A DNA stretch of 35,573 nucleotides from a virus, in IMG/VR virus record IMGVR_UViG_3300043313_001992, one strand, 5' to 3'. Of the stretch, positions 8,207 through 16,654 are shown piece after piece; the stretch's first letter is position 1; each line of letters begins with the position of its first letter. The notes under the pieces were generated by a model. The model ran no database searches. It was not told the origin of the DNA and saw only the letters and a program-made list of their open reading frames with translations. The position numbers and the translations under genes are program-made.

Positions 8207-9347
8207 CGCCGAGGTAGCGCTCGATGTCCGGGGTCGTCACGTCGGCCACCGGGTGACCGTACGTGTGGATGATCTCGGCGGTGGTGGCGTGGCCCATGAG
8301 CTTGGCGAGGACCTCGTACGGCATGCCGTTGTGGCGGGCCACCGAGGCGAACGTGTGGCGGTAGCCGTTGGGCGTCACGTGCCCGACCCGTAGCGCCAGC
8401 GCCAGGTCCCGGGCGTAGACCCGCACGGCGTCGAAGCTCAGCCAGCCGTCGCCGTGCGGGCCGGGGCACACGAAGTCGCCCGTGGCGTGGCGCTGGAGGG
8501 CGGGCAACGCCAGGCGCAGGTCGGTGGCCAGCGGGACCGTCCGGTGGGCGTAGGCGTGACGGTGGTCGGTCTTGAGCACCGTCGAGTAGGTGCCCCGGTT
8601 GGCGGTGCGCCCCCGCTTGATCGTGCCCTCGACCCGTAGCGTCCCGGCGGCCAGGTCGACGTAGCGCCACTGGAGGCCCATGGCCTCGCCGGGTCGGAGC
8701 CCGCACAACATCATCAGCAGGAACAACCCGGCCAGCGGCCCGCCGTCGGCAACCAGATAGTTGCGCGCCAGCGTGAACCCGGCCAGGTCGTGGAACGTGC
8801 GCCGCACGGCGACCGGGGTGCTCGGTGGGACCCGGGCCGACCGCAGCTCGTCGAGCCGGTCCGGCGTGACGCACTTCCGGCGCCCGGCGTAGTCGAGGAT
8901 CATGCCCCAGTGGGTGCGGACCTTGGTCATCGAGGCCGGGCCGAGGCGCCGCCCGAGGGCGGTCCACATATCCTCGACGTCGCCGACGGTGGCGGTCATC
9001 AGGTCGGCGTCGATGCCGAGGCCCAGCATGATGTTGCGGGCCGACCACCGGTAGGCGATGTTCGTTTGCTCGGCGTGGCCCTGCTCCTGGAACTCCAGCC
9101 ACCCGGCCACCACGGCGGCGAGCGCGCTATCGCCCGCCAGGCTGGCCCGTACGTCGAGGTCCCGGCGGCGGCGGTCCCGGCGTATCTCGCACTCCTCGAA
9201 CGTGTCGCCCCGCTCGATGTGCGCCTGCCCGCCCCAACGGTGGCGCAACGTGACCTTGCCCCGGGCCTCGTCCCAGCCGAATGACCCCTGGCCCCGGGCG
9301 AGCTTGGGCAAGGTCGCCGGTCGCCGATGTGTGCCCATGTGTCCCAT
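8202..9347 (-). CDS. int: tyrosine integrase
   Basis: 381 aa. C-terminal catalytic pattern: LRPGEA...HRHAYAHRTVPL...NGYRHTFAS...LMGHATTAEIIHTYGH (R...HxxR...Y). The N-terminus resembles a SAM/arm-type domain. Confidence 0.9.
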   Translation of the reverse strand: MGHMGTHRRPATLPKLARGQGSFGWDEARGKVTLRHRWGGQAHIERGDTFEECEIRRDRRRRDLDVRASLAGDSALAAVVAGWLEFQEQGHAEQTNIAYRWSARNIMLGLGIDADLMTATVGDVEDMWTALGRRLGPASMTKVRTHWGMILDYAGRRKCVTPDRLDELRSARVPPSTPVAVRRTFHDLAGFTLARNYLVADGGPLAGLFLLMMLCGLRPGEAMGLQWRYVDLAAGTLRVEGTIKRGRTANRGTYSTVLKTDHRHAYAHRTVPLATDLRLALPALQRHATGDFVCPGPHGDGWLSFDAVRVYARDLALALRVGHVTPNGYRHTFASVARHNGMPYEVLAKLMGHATTAEIIHTYGHPVADVTTPDIERYLGG

Positions 9348-9599
9348 ACCCCCGCTCGATGTGTGCCCCGGTACAACACCGGGGTCACATCATGGCACAC
9401 CGAGGCCCTACCTGGCACACCCGTCATAGGCGCTGACCTGCGGGTTTACCTATATGCCCTGGTCAGCGAGCCGGGAATAGGGCCGTCAAATATCCTCTTC
9501 GTGGATTAGATACGTGTCCGTTGACCTGCGCTTATGGCTGTTTGGTACACCCGGCCGGTACAAGATAGGCGACTATCAGGGGCGCACTAGGCTCGCCCC
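9348..9599. other. candidate attP region
   Basis: Non-coding stretch next to int, with visibly lower GC around 9440-9545. Direct repeats: TGG(C/T)ACACC at 9392, 9412 and 9543; CCGGTACAA at 9367 and 9555; TGACCTGCG at 9433 and 9521. Hairpin CCCCGGT-acaac-ACCGGGG at 9365-9383. The core cannot be defined without a host sequence. Confidence 0.5.
9563..9578. promoter_or_regulatory. boundary palindrome AGATAGGCGACTATCA
   Basis: Same 14-mer (GATAGGCGACTATC) as at 8193-8206 and in the same orientation. Lies 22 nt upstream of the ATG at 9600. Confidence 0.7.
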
Positions 9600-9839
9600 A
9601 TGACACAGGACCGGGACGTGATCGTGGTGCGCCTGCCCCTGCGCTTCGAGGTGGTGCTCCGGGCGGTCAACGCGTTGGCCGTCGAGTTCCCCGAGGCGGC
9701 GTGGGTGGACGACCCCGAGGACCGGGGCGGGTTCGCCATCGACGTGACGTACCTACGGCTTGCGGGACCCGGCGATGGCGAAGGCGATGCAGGCGAGCCC
9801 GATGGCCAGCGCCCACAGGATGATGACGTGCGGCGGTAG
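9600..9839 (+). CDS. hypothetical protein next to attP
   Basis: 79 aa. GC3 is high for about the first 55 codons and then decays where it overlaps the convergent minus-strand peptide gene. No SD. The palindromic motif lies 22 nt upstream. Confidence 0.45.
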   Translation: MTQDRDVIVVRLPLRFEVVLRAVNALAVEFPEAAWVDDPEDRGGFAIDVTYLRLAGPGDGEGDAGEPDGQRPQDDDVRR

Positions 9840-9848
9840 GTCGATCAT
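9753..9848 (-). CDS. 31-aa single-pass membrane peptide
   Basis: [31 protein letters not shown]. Its ATG overlaps the tail-fibre stop (TGATG). GC3 is nearly 100%. One hydrophobic helix is followed by a basic end. Confidence 0.5.
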   Translation of the reverse strand: MIDLPPHVIILWALAIGLACIAFAIAGSRKP

Positions 9849-10717
9849 CAGAACCAGGTCCCCGACTCGACGGGCTTCCAGCCGGTGGTGCCGGTGCCGG
9901 TGTCCTTGCGCCACAGCGACGTGTTCGTCGTGTTGTTGAGCTGGCTGTAGACCGAGCCGACGGTGGCGGCGACCACCCCCTCGGGCGAGCCGTTGCCCGA
10001 GGTCCAGGTGACCCCGGCCGGTGCGCCCGATGGACCGGCCGGTCCTTGGACGCCCTGCGGTCCTTGGATGCCCTGCGGGCCGGGCACGGTCGAGGCCGCA
10101 CCCGTCGCTCCCGTGTCGCCCTTCGGCCCCTGGCTTCCGGTGGGTCCAGCGGGTCCCGTCGGGCCGGGCACGGTCGAGGCCGGGCCGGTGGGACCCGCTG
10201 GACCCGGCACGGTCGAGGCCGCACCCGTCGCCCCGGTGTCGCCCTTCGGCCCCTGGCTTCCCGTCGCCCCGGTGGGGCCAGCGGGTCCCGTCGGGCCGGG
10301 CACGGTCGAGGCCGGTCCGGTGGGACCGGCCGGGCCGGGCACGGTCGAGTCGGCGCCGGGCGGGCCGGGTGGCCCCGTCGGCCCGGGGAAGCCTCGGGCG
10401 CCCTCGGCACCCGGCTCGCCGGGCGGGCCTTGCGGCCCGGCGGGGCCACGCCCGGTTTCGAGCGTGATGGCGGCCAGGGCTCCGGGCGTCAGCGTGGAGG
10501 CCGCCGCTGGGTGGATGTCGACGGTGATGGCGCCGGTCGTCGTCGAGTCCAGGTGCGTGTCGCCGTCGGGCTCGATGTCGAGCGTGAGGGCGGCGACCGG
10601 GACGGCCGGGAGGTCGACGGTGATGACGGCCGTCGTGGCGTGCTCGGTGGCCGCCGGGTCGAGGTCGACGGTGATCGCCGTGGCGGGGTCGGCGGGCAGG
10701 TCGACGGTGTAGCTCAC
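9848..10717 (-). CDS. collagen-like repeat tail fibre protein
   Basis: 289 aa from the GTG at 10717 (GTGA overlap with the upstream stop). It contains a long (G-X-Y)n tract ([31 protein letters not shown]...) and a C-terminal globular domain ending [12 protein letters not shown]. Confidence 0.85.
   Translation of the reverse strand: MSYTVDLPADPATAITVDLDPAATEHATTAVITVDLPAVPVAALTLDIEPDGDTHLDSTTTGAITVDIHPAAASTLTPGALAAITLETGRGPAGPQGPPGEPGAEGARGFPGPTGPPGPPGADSTVPGPAGPTGPASTVPGPTGPAGPTGATGSQGPKGDTGATGAASTVPGPAGPTGPASTVPGPTGPAGPTGSQGPKGDTGATGAASTVPGPQGIQGPQGVQGPAGPSGAPAGVTWTSGNGSPEGVVAATVGSVYSQLNNTTNTSLWRKDTGTGTTGWKPVESGTWF
10082..10336. repeat. tandem 123/132-nt duplication inside the collagen-like tract
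   Basis: ggcacggtcgaggccgcacccgtcgc recurs at 10083 and 10206, and a third unit starts at 10337. The units encode [27 protein letters not shown](ATG)[14 protein letters not shown] twice. Confidence 0.85.
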
Positions 10718-11112
10718 GGCTCGCCGGGCTCGTTGCTGACGTCGCGGTCGATGCGCAGGGCGTCGAAGATGATCGGCGTTCGCTTGGTCGGGGTCAGCTG
10801 CTCGATGTCGGCGACGAAGCCGTGCTGCCACATCTGGGTCTGGTCCGGGGTCCACTTGGCCAGCAGGACGCACGGCGTCGAGCCGGGGGCGTCAGGGAAC
10901 AGGGCCGGTAGCGCGTCGGGCGTGGTCACCGAGAAGTCCTCGCACTCGTTGACGAGGGCGCCGTCGATGCGGTCGCGGACGTAGCTGCGGAACGTCCAGG
11001 CGGTGATGTCCTGGTCGGTGCCGCCGATGCGGATGCGGACGACCATCGTGGCCGGATCGCCACGCACCTGCGGCTCGGCGCCCGGTGGAGGGAACTGGGT
11101 GTGTGCGGCCAT
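10714..11112 (-). CDS. hypothetical tail-module protein
   Basis: 132 aa. GGGAGCG lies upstream of the ATG at 11112. The gene sits between a minor tail gene and the fibre gene. Confidence 0.65.
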   Translation of the reverse strand: MAAHTQFPPPGAEPQVRGDPATMVVRIRIGGTDQDITAWTFRSYVRDRIDGALVNECEDFSVTTPDALPALFPDAPGSTPCVLLAKWTPDQTQMWQHGFVADIEQLTPTKRTPIIFDALRIDRDVSNEPGEP

Positions 11113-11128
11113 GGTGGGTCGCTCCCGG

Positions 11129-11923
11129 CTAGTAGGGGGTGACGGTGATGGCGCCCGCCCACAGGATCGTCATGCTGTAGCCGCCGCTGCCCACGGTGGC
11201 CCGGAGCCCGTAGTAGAACGATCCGGCGGTGGTCATGCGGAACCGGCCTCGGAGCGAACCCTCTACGGGCAGGTTGCTCGCCGCCGGGGTCCCTTGTTTT
11301 GCCAGGAAGGCCGAGCTGCCGAAGTCCAGGGCCGGGCCGAGGGTGGCCTTCTCGGGATAGAACTGCACGATCTGGCCCCCCGCCTGGGCGGTTTCAGGGG
11401 TGGCCCGGATGTCGAGGGCCACCTCGACTATGGCGGGCATGTCGATCTTGAACGGGCCGATGTTGTCATAGAGCTGATTGGAGCCGGTGGCGACGACGGT
11501 GGGGCCGCCGGTCGTCCAGTGCGGGGCGGGGGTGATCATCGCCGTGGTGCTCACCCGTAGGTCGGTGAGTACGCCGCCGACGGTCTTGGCGATGGGCAGC
11601 TCCCACACCCCGGTCGGGCTCTGCGCCGGGACCGACACGCCGTCACGCCACAGCAGCTCGGCGGTGTTGGCGGCCGGGTCGAAGCGGACGACGGCGAGCC
11701 CGTTGGTCGTGGCGGTGAGCACCTGGCTGCTGGCCAGCTCGGCGTAGTGGCCGTCAACCCAGGCGGCGCCGGGCTGGATCGTGAGGTTTGGGTAGGCGAG
11801 CGTGGGCGTCATGTTGCCGGCGATGCCCGACGGCGCCCACAGCCGTCCCATCTTGCGCCACCGGGCCTCGGAGGCGACGGAGCCGTCGGCGCCATCGGTC
11901 GGCCATACGGACATCGCGACCAT
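11129..11923 (-). CDS. minor tail protein
   Basis: 264 aa. The N-terminal SEARWRKMGRLW...GI motif is typical of actinophage minor tail proteins. Position is within the tail-tip block. Confidence 0.7.
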   Translation of the reverse strand: MVAMSVWPTDGADGSVASEARWRKMGRLWAPSGIAGNMTPTLAYPNLTIQPGAAWVDGHYAELASSQVLTATTNGLAVVRFDPAANTAELLWRDGVSVPAQSPTGVWELPIAKTVGGVLTDLRVSTTAMITPAPHWTTGGPTVVATGSNQLYDNIGPFKIDMPAIVEVALDIRATPETAQAGGQIVQFYPEKATLGPALDFGSSAFLAKQGTPAASNLPVEGSLRGRFRMTTAGSFYYGLRATVGSGGYSMTILWAGAITVTPY

Positions 11924-11925
11924 GG

Positions 11926-13029
11926 TCAGATCCTTTCGAGCTGGCGGACCCGCCGGTCGAGCCCGGCGAGGGAACGGAACAGGGCGAGGTCCCCGGCCGG
12001 TGCCCCGACCGACGGCGTCACCGTGGCCCCAGCATCGTCGAGGGTGACGTGAACCTCGCGGACCTGGTCAATCACCGTGAGCCCGCCCGCCTTAACCGTG
12101 ACCGTGTCGCCCAGCGTCCAGTCCCGGCCGAACCGCTGGGCGTCGGTGTCGAGCGGGGTGAACACGACGGTCGCTGGCTTGACCCCGGTGGCCAGCGCCT
12201 CGGTGGCCGCCTTGTCGAGCTGCACGACGTCGACCGTTTGGCGTTGGTCGACGAACGTTTCGGCCCGCCCCCAGGAGGCGATCGAGGCGGCGTCGCTGGC
12301 CTCGCGGATCAGCCGGGCGGTGCCCTCGCCCCCACCGGCCACCACGACGTGATTGGCCTGGGCCGCCTCGGTGGTGGCCGTCCACCCGGCGAGCGTTTCC
12401 AGCCCGGCCGAAAACACCGCCCCCCGGTCGGGCGGGATGTAGGCCCGGAAGCTGAGGTCGACGACGTCGAACACGATCCCGTGAGGCCGGGCGGTGTCCT
12501 GGGCGAGCGTGAGCAGATTCTGCCAGCGGGCGTTGACCGTGATGGTCGGCCCGGCCGGGGCGGGGACGGGCACGGCGAGGCCCGGCACCCGCCGGGCCGT
12601 CACGGCGCCCGGCCCGGCGTTGACCCGCACCAGGTCGGCCAGCACGACGGCGACGGTGCCCGTGCGAACGTCGTAGGAGCTGCCGCCGTAGGGCGGTGCG
12701 GCGGTGCCGGGCTGGGGGTGTGCGTTGCGCCGGGCCAGCCACACGGTGTCATCGACGCCGGACACGGCGAGCGTGTCGCCGTCGATCTCGACGGAGCGCT
12801 TGAGGTGGGTGACCGGGCCGGACCGCCACACGGCGCCGTCGAGGACGATCTCCAACCGGGCGAAGGTGTCGGCCACGAACATCCGACCCGCCTCGGTGTC
12901 GGTCGGCAGCGTGACGGTCCACGTCGAGATGTCGTTCACCCGGCCGACGAACTCGGCGGACTCGAACGGGTCGACGACCGCCTGGCGGACGCCGACCCGG
13001 TCGGTCACGTAGAGCTGCCAGGTGCTCAC
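11926..13029 (-). CDS. minor tail protein (siphovirus Gp37-like / tail-tip hub-associated)
   Basis: 367 aa from the GTG at 13029 (GTGA overlap). It starts VSTWQLYVTDRVGVRQAVVDPFESAEFVGRVND and lies immediately after Dit. Confidence 0.65.
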   Translation of the reverse strand: MSTWQLYVTDRVGVRQAVVDPFESAEFVGRVNDISTWTVTLPTDTEAGRMFVADTFARLEIVLDGAVWRSGPVTHLKRSVEIDGDTLAVSGVDDTVWLARRNAHPQPGTAAPPYGGSSYDVRTGTVAVVLADLVRVNAGPGAVTARRVPGLAVPVPAPAGPTITVNARWQNLLTLAQDTARPHGIVFDVVDLSFRAYIPPDRGAVFSAGLETLAGWTATTEAAQANHVVVAGGGEGTARLIREASDAASIASWGRAETFVDQRQTVDVVQLDKAATEALATGVKPATVVFTPLDTDAQRFGRDWTLGDTVTVKAGGLTVIDQVREVHVTLDDAGATVTPSVGAPAGDLALFRSLAGLDRRVRQLERI

Positions 13030-13889
13030 GCGCTTAGCCACCGGTTGCGCCAGGCGAAGGTGACACGGCTCGCCGCCGTGCCGCTGGCGAACCCGATCGA
13101 GATGCGGTTGGCGCCGGGCACGAGCGGCCAAAGGACCGAGTCCTCGGCGAGGCGCCCGAAGGCGTTGAGGCCGTCGAGCCGTGCTGACTTGTGGCCGGGG
13201 CGGTGGTCGACGACGAGGGTCGATCCGGGGGCGATGGTGCCGGGGAAGGACCAGGCAAGCCCCGTCGTGTCGTTGCGCACGTTCAGGTCGGTGCCCGGCC
13301 CGTCGACGGTGATGATCGGCCAGGCGTCCACGTCGCCCGTGTTGGTGATCGTCACCGCCGCGAAGATGTCCGAGGCGCCCAGCACGAGCGGCAGGAACGG
13401 GAACCAGGTGACCACCGTGTCGCCGACCTCGGCGACGAGCTGCTGCTCGGACCCGTCCTGCCAGTAGGGGTCCGCCGCCCGGAAGGCCAAGGTCGTGAGC
13501 CCGAGCGAGGCGTATTCCTCGGCGAAGGTGTCGAGCCCGGCCTCGTAGGCGCACACGATCTGGCGCCCGGCGTGGGCGCCCTGCACGACGGTCAGCGTGC
13601 CCTCGCCGTTCACGGGGTCGAGCGCCCGAGCCCAGCGGCGCAGCTCGTCACGGCCGGTAGTCGGGCCGGGGACCACGACGGGGATCGTCAGCAGGCGCTC
13701 GTCGTGGCGGGCGTAGCGGAACCGGCCGCCCTGGGCCTGGGGCACTCGTATCGTGTGGATCGACACCGGGGGCATCATCCGCTGGGTGGCCTCGGTGCGG
13801 GTCACGAAGCGGATCGTCTCGCCGGTCGCCGAACGCCATTCGTGCGTTTCGCAGTCGGCGTCGGGCTCCCACGGGGCCAGGCCGGTCAT
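13026..13889 (-). CDS. distal tail protein (Dit, siphovirus tail component)
   Basis: 287 aa, directly downstream of the tape measure gene. Size and beta-rich sequence (LTIPVVV...TITNTGDVDAWPIITVDGPG) are typical. Confidence 0.7.
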   Translation of the reverse strand: MTGLAPWEPDADCETHEWRSATGETIRFVTRTEATQRMMPPVSIHTIRVPQAQGGRFRYARHDERLLTIPVVVPGPTTGRDELRRWARALDPVNGEGTLTVVQGAHAGRQIVCAYEAGLDTFAEEYASLGLTTLAFRAADPYWQDGSEQQLVAEVGDTVVTWFPFLPLVLGASDIFAAVTITNTGDVDAWPIITVDGPGTDLNVRNDTTGLAWSFPGTIAPGSTLVVDHRPGHKSARLDGLNAFGRLAEDSVLWPLVPGANRISIGFASGTAASRVTFAWRNRWLSA

Positions 13890-13901
13890 CGGGTCGCCTC
13901 C

Positions 13902-13917
13902 TGATAGACGTCGATCA
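13902..13917. promoter_or_regulatory. boundary motif TGATAGACGTCGATCA
   Basis: Lies between the tape measure and Dit genes. The TMP stop (13915-13917) is in the right arm. Confidence 0.7.
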
Positions 13918-15780
13918 CGGTAGGCCCGCCAGCAGCTCCAGGCGGCGGAACCCGTAGGCGATGTCCGAGGCGTCGGCGGTGCGCGGGTAGAGGTTCAGCG
14001 TGTAGTGGCCGCCCCGGGATTCGTCGGCGACGATCGACCGCAGCATGTCCTCGGGGGCCACGATCTCGGTCCCGGCCTCGCCGCCGACGAACACCGTCGG
14101 CCCCGTGAGGACCCCGCCCTTGGCCAGGTACGGGAGGTTAGGGAAGTCGATGCGGAACCCGCCGAGGGTGCCGCCGCCGTGTTTGCCCAGCGGGCCGAGG
14201 TCGACCTCGGGGATGGCGATGGTCGGGATGGCGAAGGCCAGCCCGTTCCACAGCGAGATCAGCGCGTTGATGGGCGTCTTGATGGCCGACACGATGGCGT
14301 TGGCCGTGTCGGCGATCCGGGCGACGATGCTGCGGAAGTGGTCGGCGATGGCGTCCCACTTGCCGGTCACGAAGGACCACACCGCGCTGGCCCCGCTCTT
14401 GATCGAATCCCACGCCCCGGTGACGAAGCCGACGGCGGTGTTCATGGCCGACTGGATGCCCTGGGCGATGGCGTTGAACTTGTCGACGGTCCACTGGTAC
14501 ACGGCGGTCACACCGCTTTTGACCAGGTTCCAGGCCCCGGTGATGATCGACGTCCACACGTTCACGTAGGTCGTGATCCCGGTGACGATCCAGCCGAACA
14601 CGGTCTGGATCCAGTCCCACAGGGTCGTGACCACCGCCTTGATCACGTTCCAGGCGCCCGTCCAGAAGGCGATGACGGTGCCGACGTACAGCTCGATGCC
14701 GGACACGATCCAGCCGAACACGGTCTGTATCCAGCCCCACACGAGGGTCACCCCGGCCTTGATGCCCTCCCATACCGCGGTCACCGCCCCGCCGATGAAC
14801 TCCCACACGACGGCGGTGGCGGCCTTGATCGTGTCCCAGTTCTTCATTATCAGGAACGCCACCACGGCGATGGCGGCGCCGATCAGGATGAACGGGGCGA
14901 CGGCCGCCAGCGTGGCGAGGGCGGCGGCCCCGGCGGCGGTGGCCCACGTGATGAAGGCGGGGATGACGATGGAGCCGACCACGATGGCCAGGGCGATGAA
15001 CCCGGCGATCATCGCCTCCTTGTTGTCGCCCATGAACTTGGCGACGTCGGAGATGGCCGGTATCAACGTGTCCATCAGGAACCCCGCCAGCGAGGCGAGC
15101 ACCGGCAGCAGGGCCGTGCCGATCTGCTCCTGAAACTCGCCGAACTGGATCTGGGCGTTGCGCATTTGCCCGGCCGTCGACTTGGCCGCCGTCGACGCCT
15201 GGCCCGAGAAGGTGGTCGACATGTCGGCCATGATTTCGTCGAGCGACTTGGCCGACCCGTCGGCCTTCTTGACCTCCACGCCCATCTTCGACAAGGCGCC
15301 GGTCGAGCCGTTGGCCGCCTTCATCATGGCGTCGGTGACGGTGGCCAGGTCCTTGCCCGAACCGGCCGACACGTCGGTCGCCAGTGACAACGCCTTCTGT
15401 GCGTCCTCGGTGTTGCCGAAGCCCCGCACGAGCTTGTCCATGGCCGGGCGTAGGTCGTCGTCGGCGATGGCCGCCGACTTGGACAGCGAGCCGATGAAGT
15501 CCTCGTTGGAGGCGATGACCTCGTCGCTGGCGCCCGCCACGTTGCGCATCGTTTGGGCGAGCTTGTCGGCGGCCTCGGCGTCGGCGGCGGCCGCCTCGAC
15601 GCTGGCCTTGCCGAAGTCCACGATGCTGCTGACGGCGAAGGCGCCGCCCAGCGCCAGGGCGGCGTTCTTGGCGAACCCGCCGATCTTGGACCCGGCGCTC
15701 GACGTGGCCTTGTCGACCTCGTCGGTCATCTTCGAGGTGTCGGCCAGGAACTTGGCGACGATGGTCGGCCCGACGGCCAT
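13915..15780 (-). CDS. tail tape measure protein
   Basis: 621 aa. It has a TP901-type core (DDDLRPAMDKLVRGFGNTEDAQKALSLATDV...), a central TM-like stretch, and repeated W-x-x-I/V-x(n)-W units. GAGGTGAG lies before the ATG at 15780. Confidence 0.9.
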   Translation of the reverse strand: MAVGPTIVAKFLADTSKMTDEVDKATSSAGSKIGGFAKNAALALGGAFAVSSIVDFGKASVEAAAADAEAADKLAQTMRNVAGASDEVIASNEDFIGSLSKSAAIADDDLRPAMDKLVRGFGNTEDAQKALSLATDVSAGSGKDLATVTDAMMKAANGSTGALSKMGVEVKKADGSAKSLDEIMADMSTTFSGQASTAAKSTAGQMRNAQIQFGEFQEQIGTALLPVLASLAGFLMDTLIPAISDVAKFMGDNKEAMIAGFIALAIVVGSIVIPAFITWATAAGAAALATLAAVAPFILIGAAIAVVAFLIMKNWDTIKAATAVVWEFIGGAVTAVWEGIKAGVTLVWGWIQTVFGWIVSGIELYVGTVIAFWTGAWNVIKAVVTTLWDWIQTVFGWIVTGITTYVNVWTSIITGAWNLVKSGVTAVYQWTVDKFNAIAQGIQSAMNTAVGFVTGAWDSIKSGASAVWSFVTGKWDAIADHFRSIVARIADTANAIVSAIKTPINALISLWNGLAFAIPTIAIPEVDLGPLGKHGGGTLGGFRIDFPNLPYLAKGGVLTGPTVFVGGEAGTEIVAPEDMLRSIVADESRGGHYTLNLYPRTADASDIAYGFRRLELLAGLP

Positions 15781-15783
15781 GGC

Positions 15784-16268
15784 TCACCTCGACTTTCGGC
15801 GGGCGGCTTTGTTGTGCTCGCGGATCTCGTCGCGCTGGAACAGCTGAAACGCCCGGTACGTGTCGTCGTCCAGCGCGTAGGCCTCGTGCGGGGTCATTCG
15901 CCAGAAGCGGCAGAAGGCGGCGAGGCTCCGAAGGCGGCGAGCTTCGTAGGGTCCATGACGACGGCCTCGTCGTCGACCTGGAGGGCGACGTCCTCGCATG
16001 CGTCCCACCGAAGGCCGGGGATGGTCTTGCGCAGGTGCGTCCACACCTGCGTTTGGGTGCGGTCGGGCGAGTTGCCGTTCGGGCCGACCATGTCGAGGTA
16101 GTCCCGGCCGGTTTGGGCCTTGAGGGCGCGCTGGGTGCCCGGCGACGGGAACTGCTGAAGCTCGTGCATCGGGATCGTCACGACGTCGGGCAACGGCGGG
16201 CGCTCGTCGGCAACCGACTGGTTGCCGTTGGGGTAGGGCTGTGCGTTCACGAAGTCGGTGTCGACCAT
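15784..16268 (-). CDS. tail assembly chaperone, putative -1 frameshift (G-T-like) product
   Basis: The -1 frame stays open across the 3' end of the G-like ORF (15784-16044) and continues as ...AAFCRFWRMTPHEAYALDDDTYRAFQLFQRDEIREHNKAARRKSR, ending 4 nt before the TMP start. I could not find a canonical X_XXY_YYZ slip site. Confidence 0.5.
15894..16268 (-). CDS. tail assembly chaperone (G-like)
   Basis: 124 aa, immediately upstream of the tape measure gene. CAGGAGC lies before the ATG at 16268. Confidence 0.7.
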   Translation of the reverse strand: MVDTDFVNAQPYPNGNQSVADERPPLPDVVTIPMHELQQFPSPGTQRALKAQTGRDYLDMVGPNGNSPDRTQTQVWTHLRKTIPGLRWDACEDVALQVDDEAVVMDPTKLAAFGASPPSAASGE

Positions 16269-16654
16269 GGGAAGCTCCTGGCGGTGTCCTCGGCGATGTC
16301 CTCGGCGATGGTGGCGAAGTCGGCTTCGGCGGTGACCGCCGCCGGGTAGAGGTAGCGGCCCTCGGGCATCAAGCTGCGGCCCCGGCTGCCGCCGAACTCG
16401 ATCCAGCCCGCATAGGGCACGTCCGGGTCGTGGCCGACGCCGACGCCGTGCAGGCCGTCCTCGTCGACCTCGACGACGTCCACCCCGGCGGCCAGCGTGC
16501 CGGTCAACACCGGCACGTCGTTGCGCACCTGGTCGGCGACCCGCTCGGCGAACGGTTGCGCCCGTTCGGTCACCGCCGGGCCGAGCTGGCGAGCCCAGCG
16601 CTCCATGTCCCGGTTGGCGTCGGCCAGGCCCTTGAACTCGATCTGGTCAGGCAT
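16247..16654 (-). CDS. HK97 gp10-like neck/tail-completion family protein
   Basis: 135 aa. VPVLTGTLAAGVDV...VPYAGWIEFGG resembles the HK97 gp10 family signature. It is located, unusually, between the major tail and chaperone genes. Confidence 0.55.
   Translation of the reverse strand: MPDQIEFKGLADANRDMERWARQLGPAVTERAQPFAERVADQVRNDVPVLTGTLAAGVDVVEVDEDGLHGVGVGHDPDVPYAGWIEFGGSRGRSLMPEGRYLYPAAVTAEADFATIAEDIAEDTARSFPWSTPTS

Noticed and set aside
9348-9599. A tRNA gene or tRNA 3' fragment at attP
   Set aside because: I could not find a T-arm/acceptor pattern (GGTTCGAnnCC ... CCA) on either strand. A proper tRNAscan or BLAST check is still needed.
9963-10984. Regularly spaced repeats and long plus-strand ORFs that could suggest a repeat array or CRISPR-like structure
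   Set aside because: The periodicity is the 9-nt G-X-Y collagen codon repeat plus a 123/132-nt tandem duplication inside a minus-strand fibre gene. There are no unique spacers and no cas genes.
14138-15787. 549-aa alternative-frame ORF and plus-strand ORFs (14005-15387 and others) within the tape measure region
   Set aside because: They are Arg/Gly/His/Asp-rich shadow frames. The 13915-15780 frame carries the recognisable tape-measure core and repeats.
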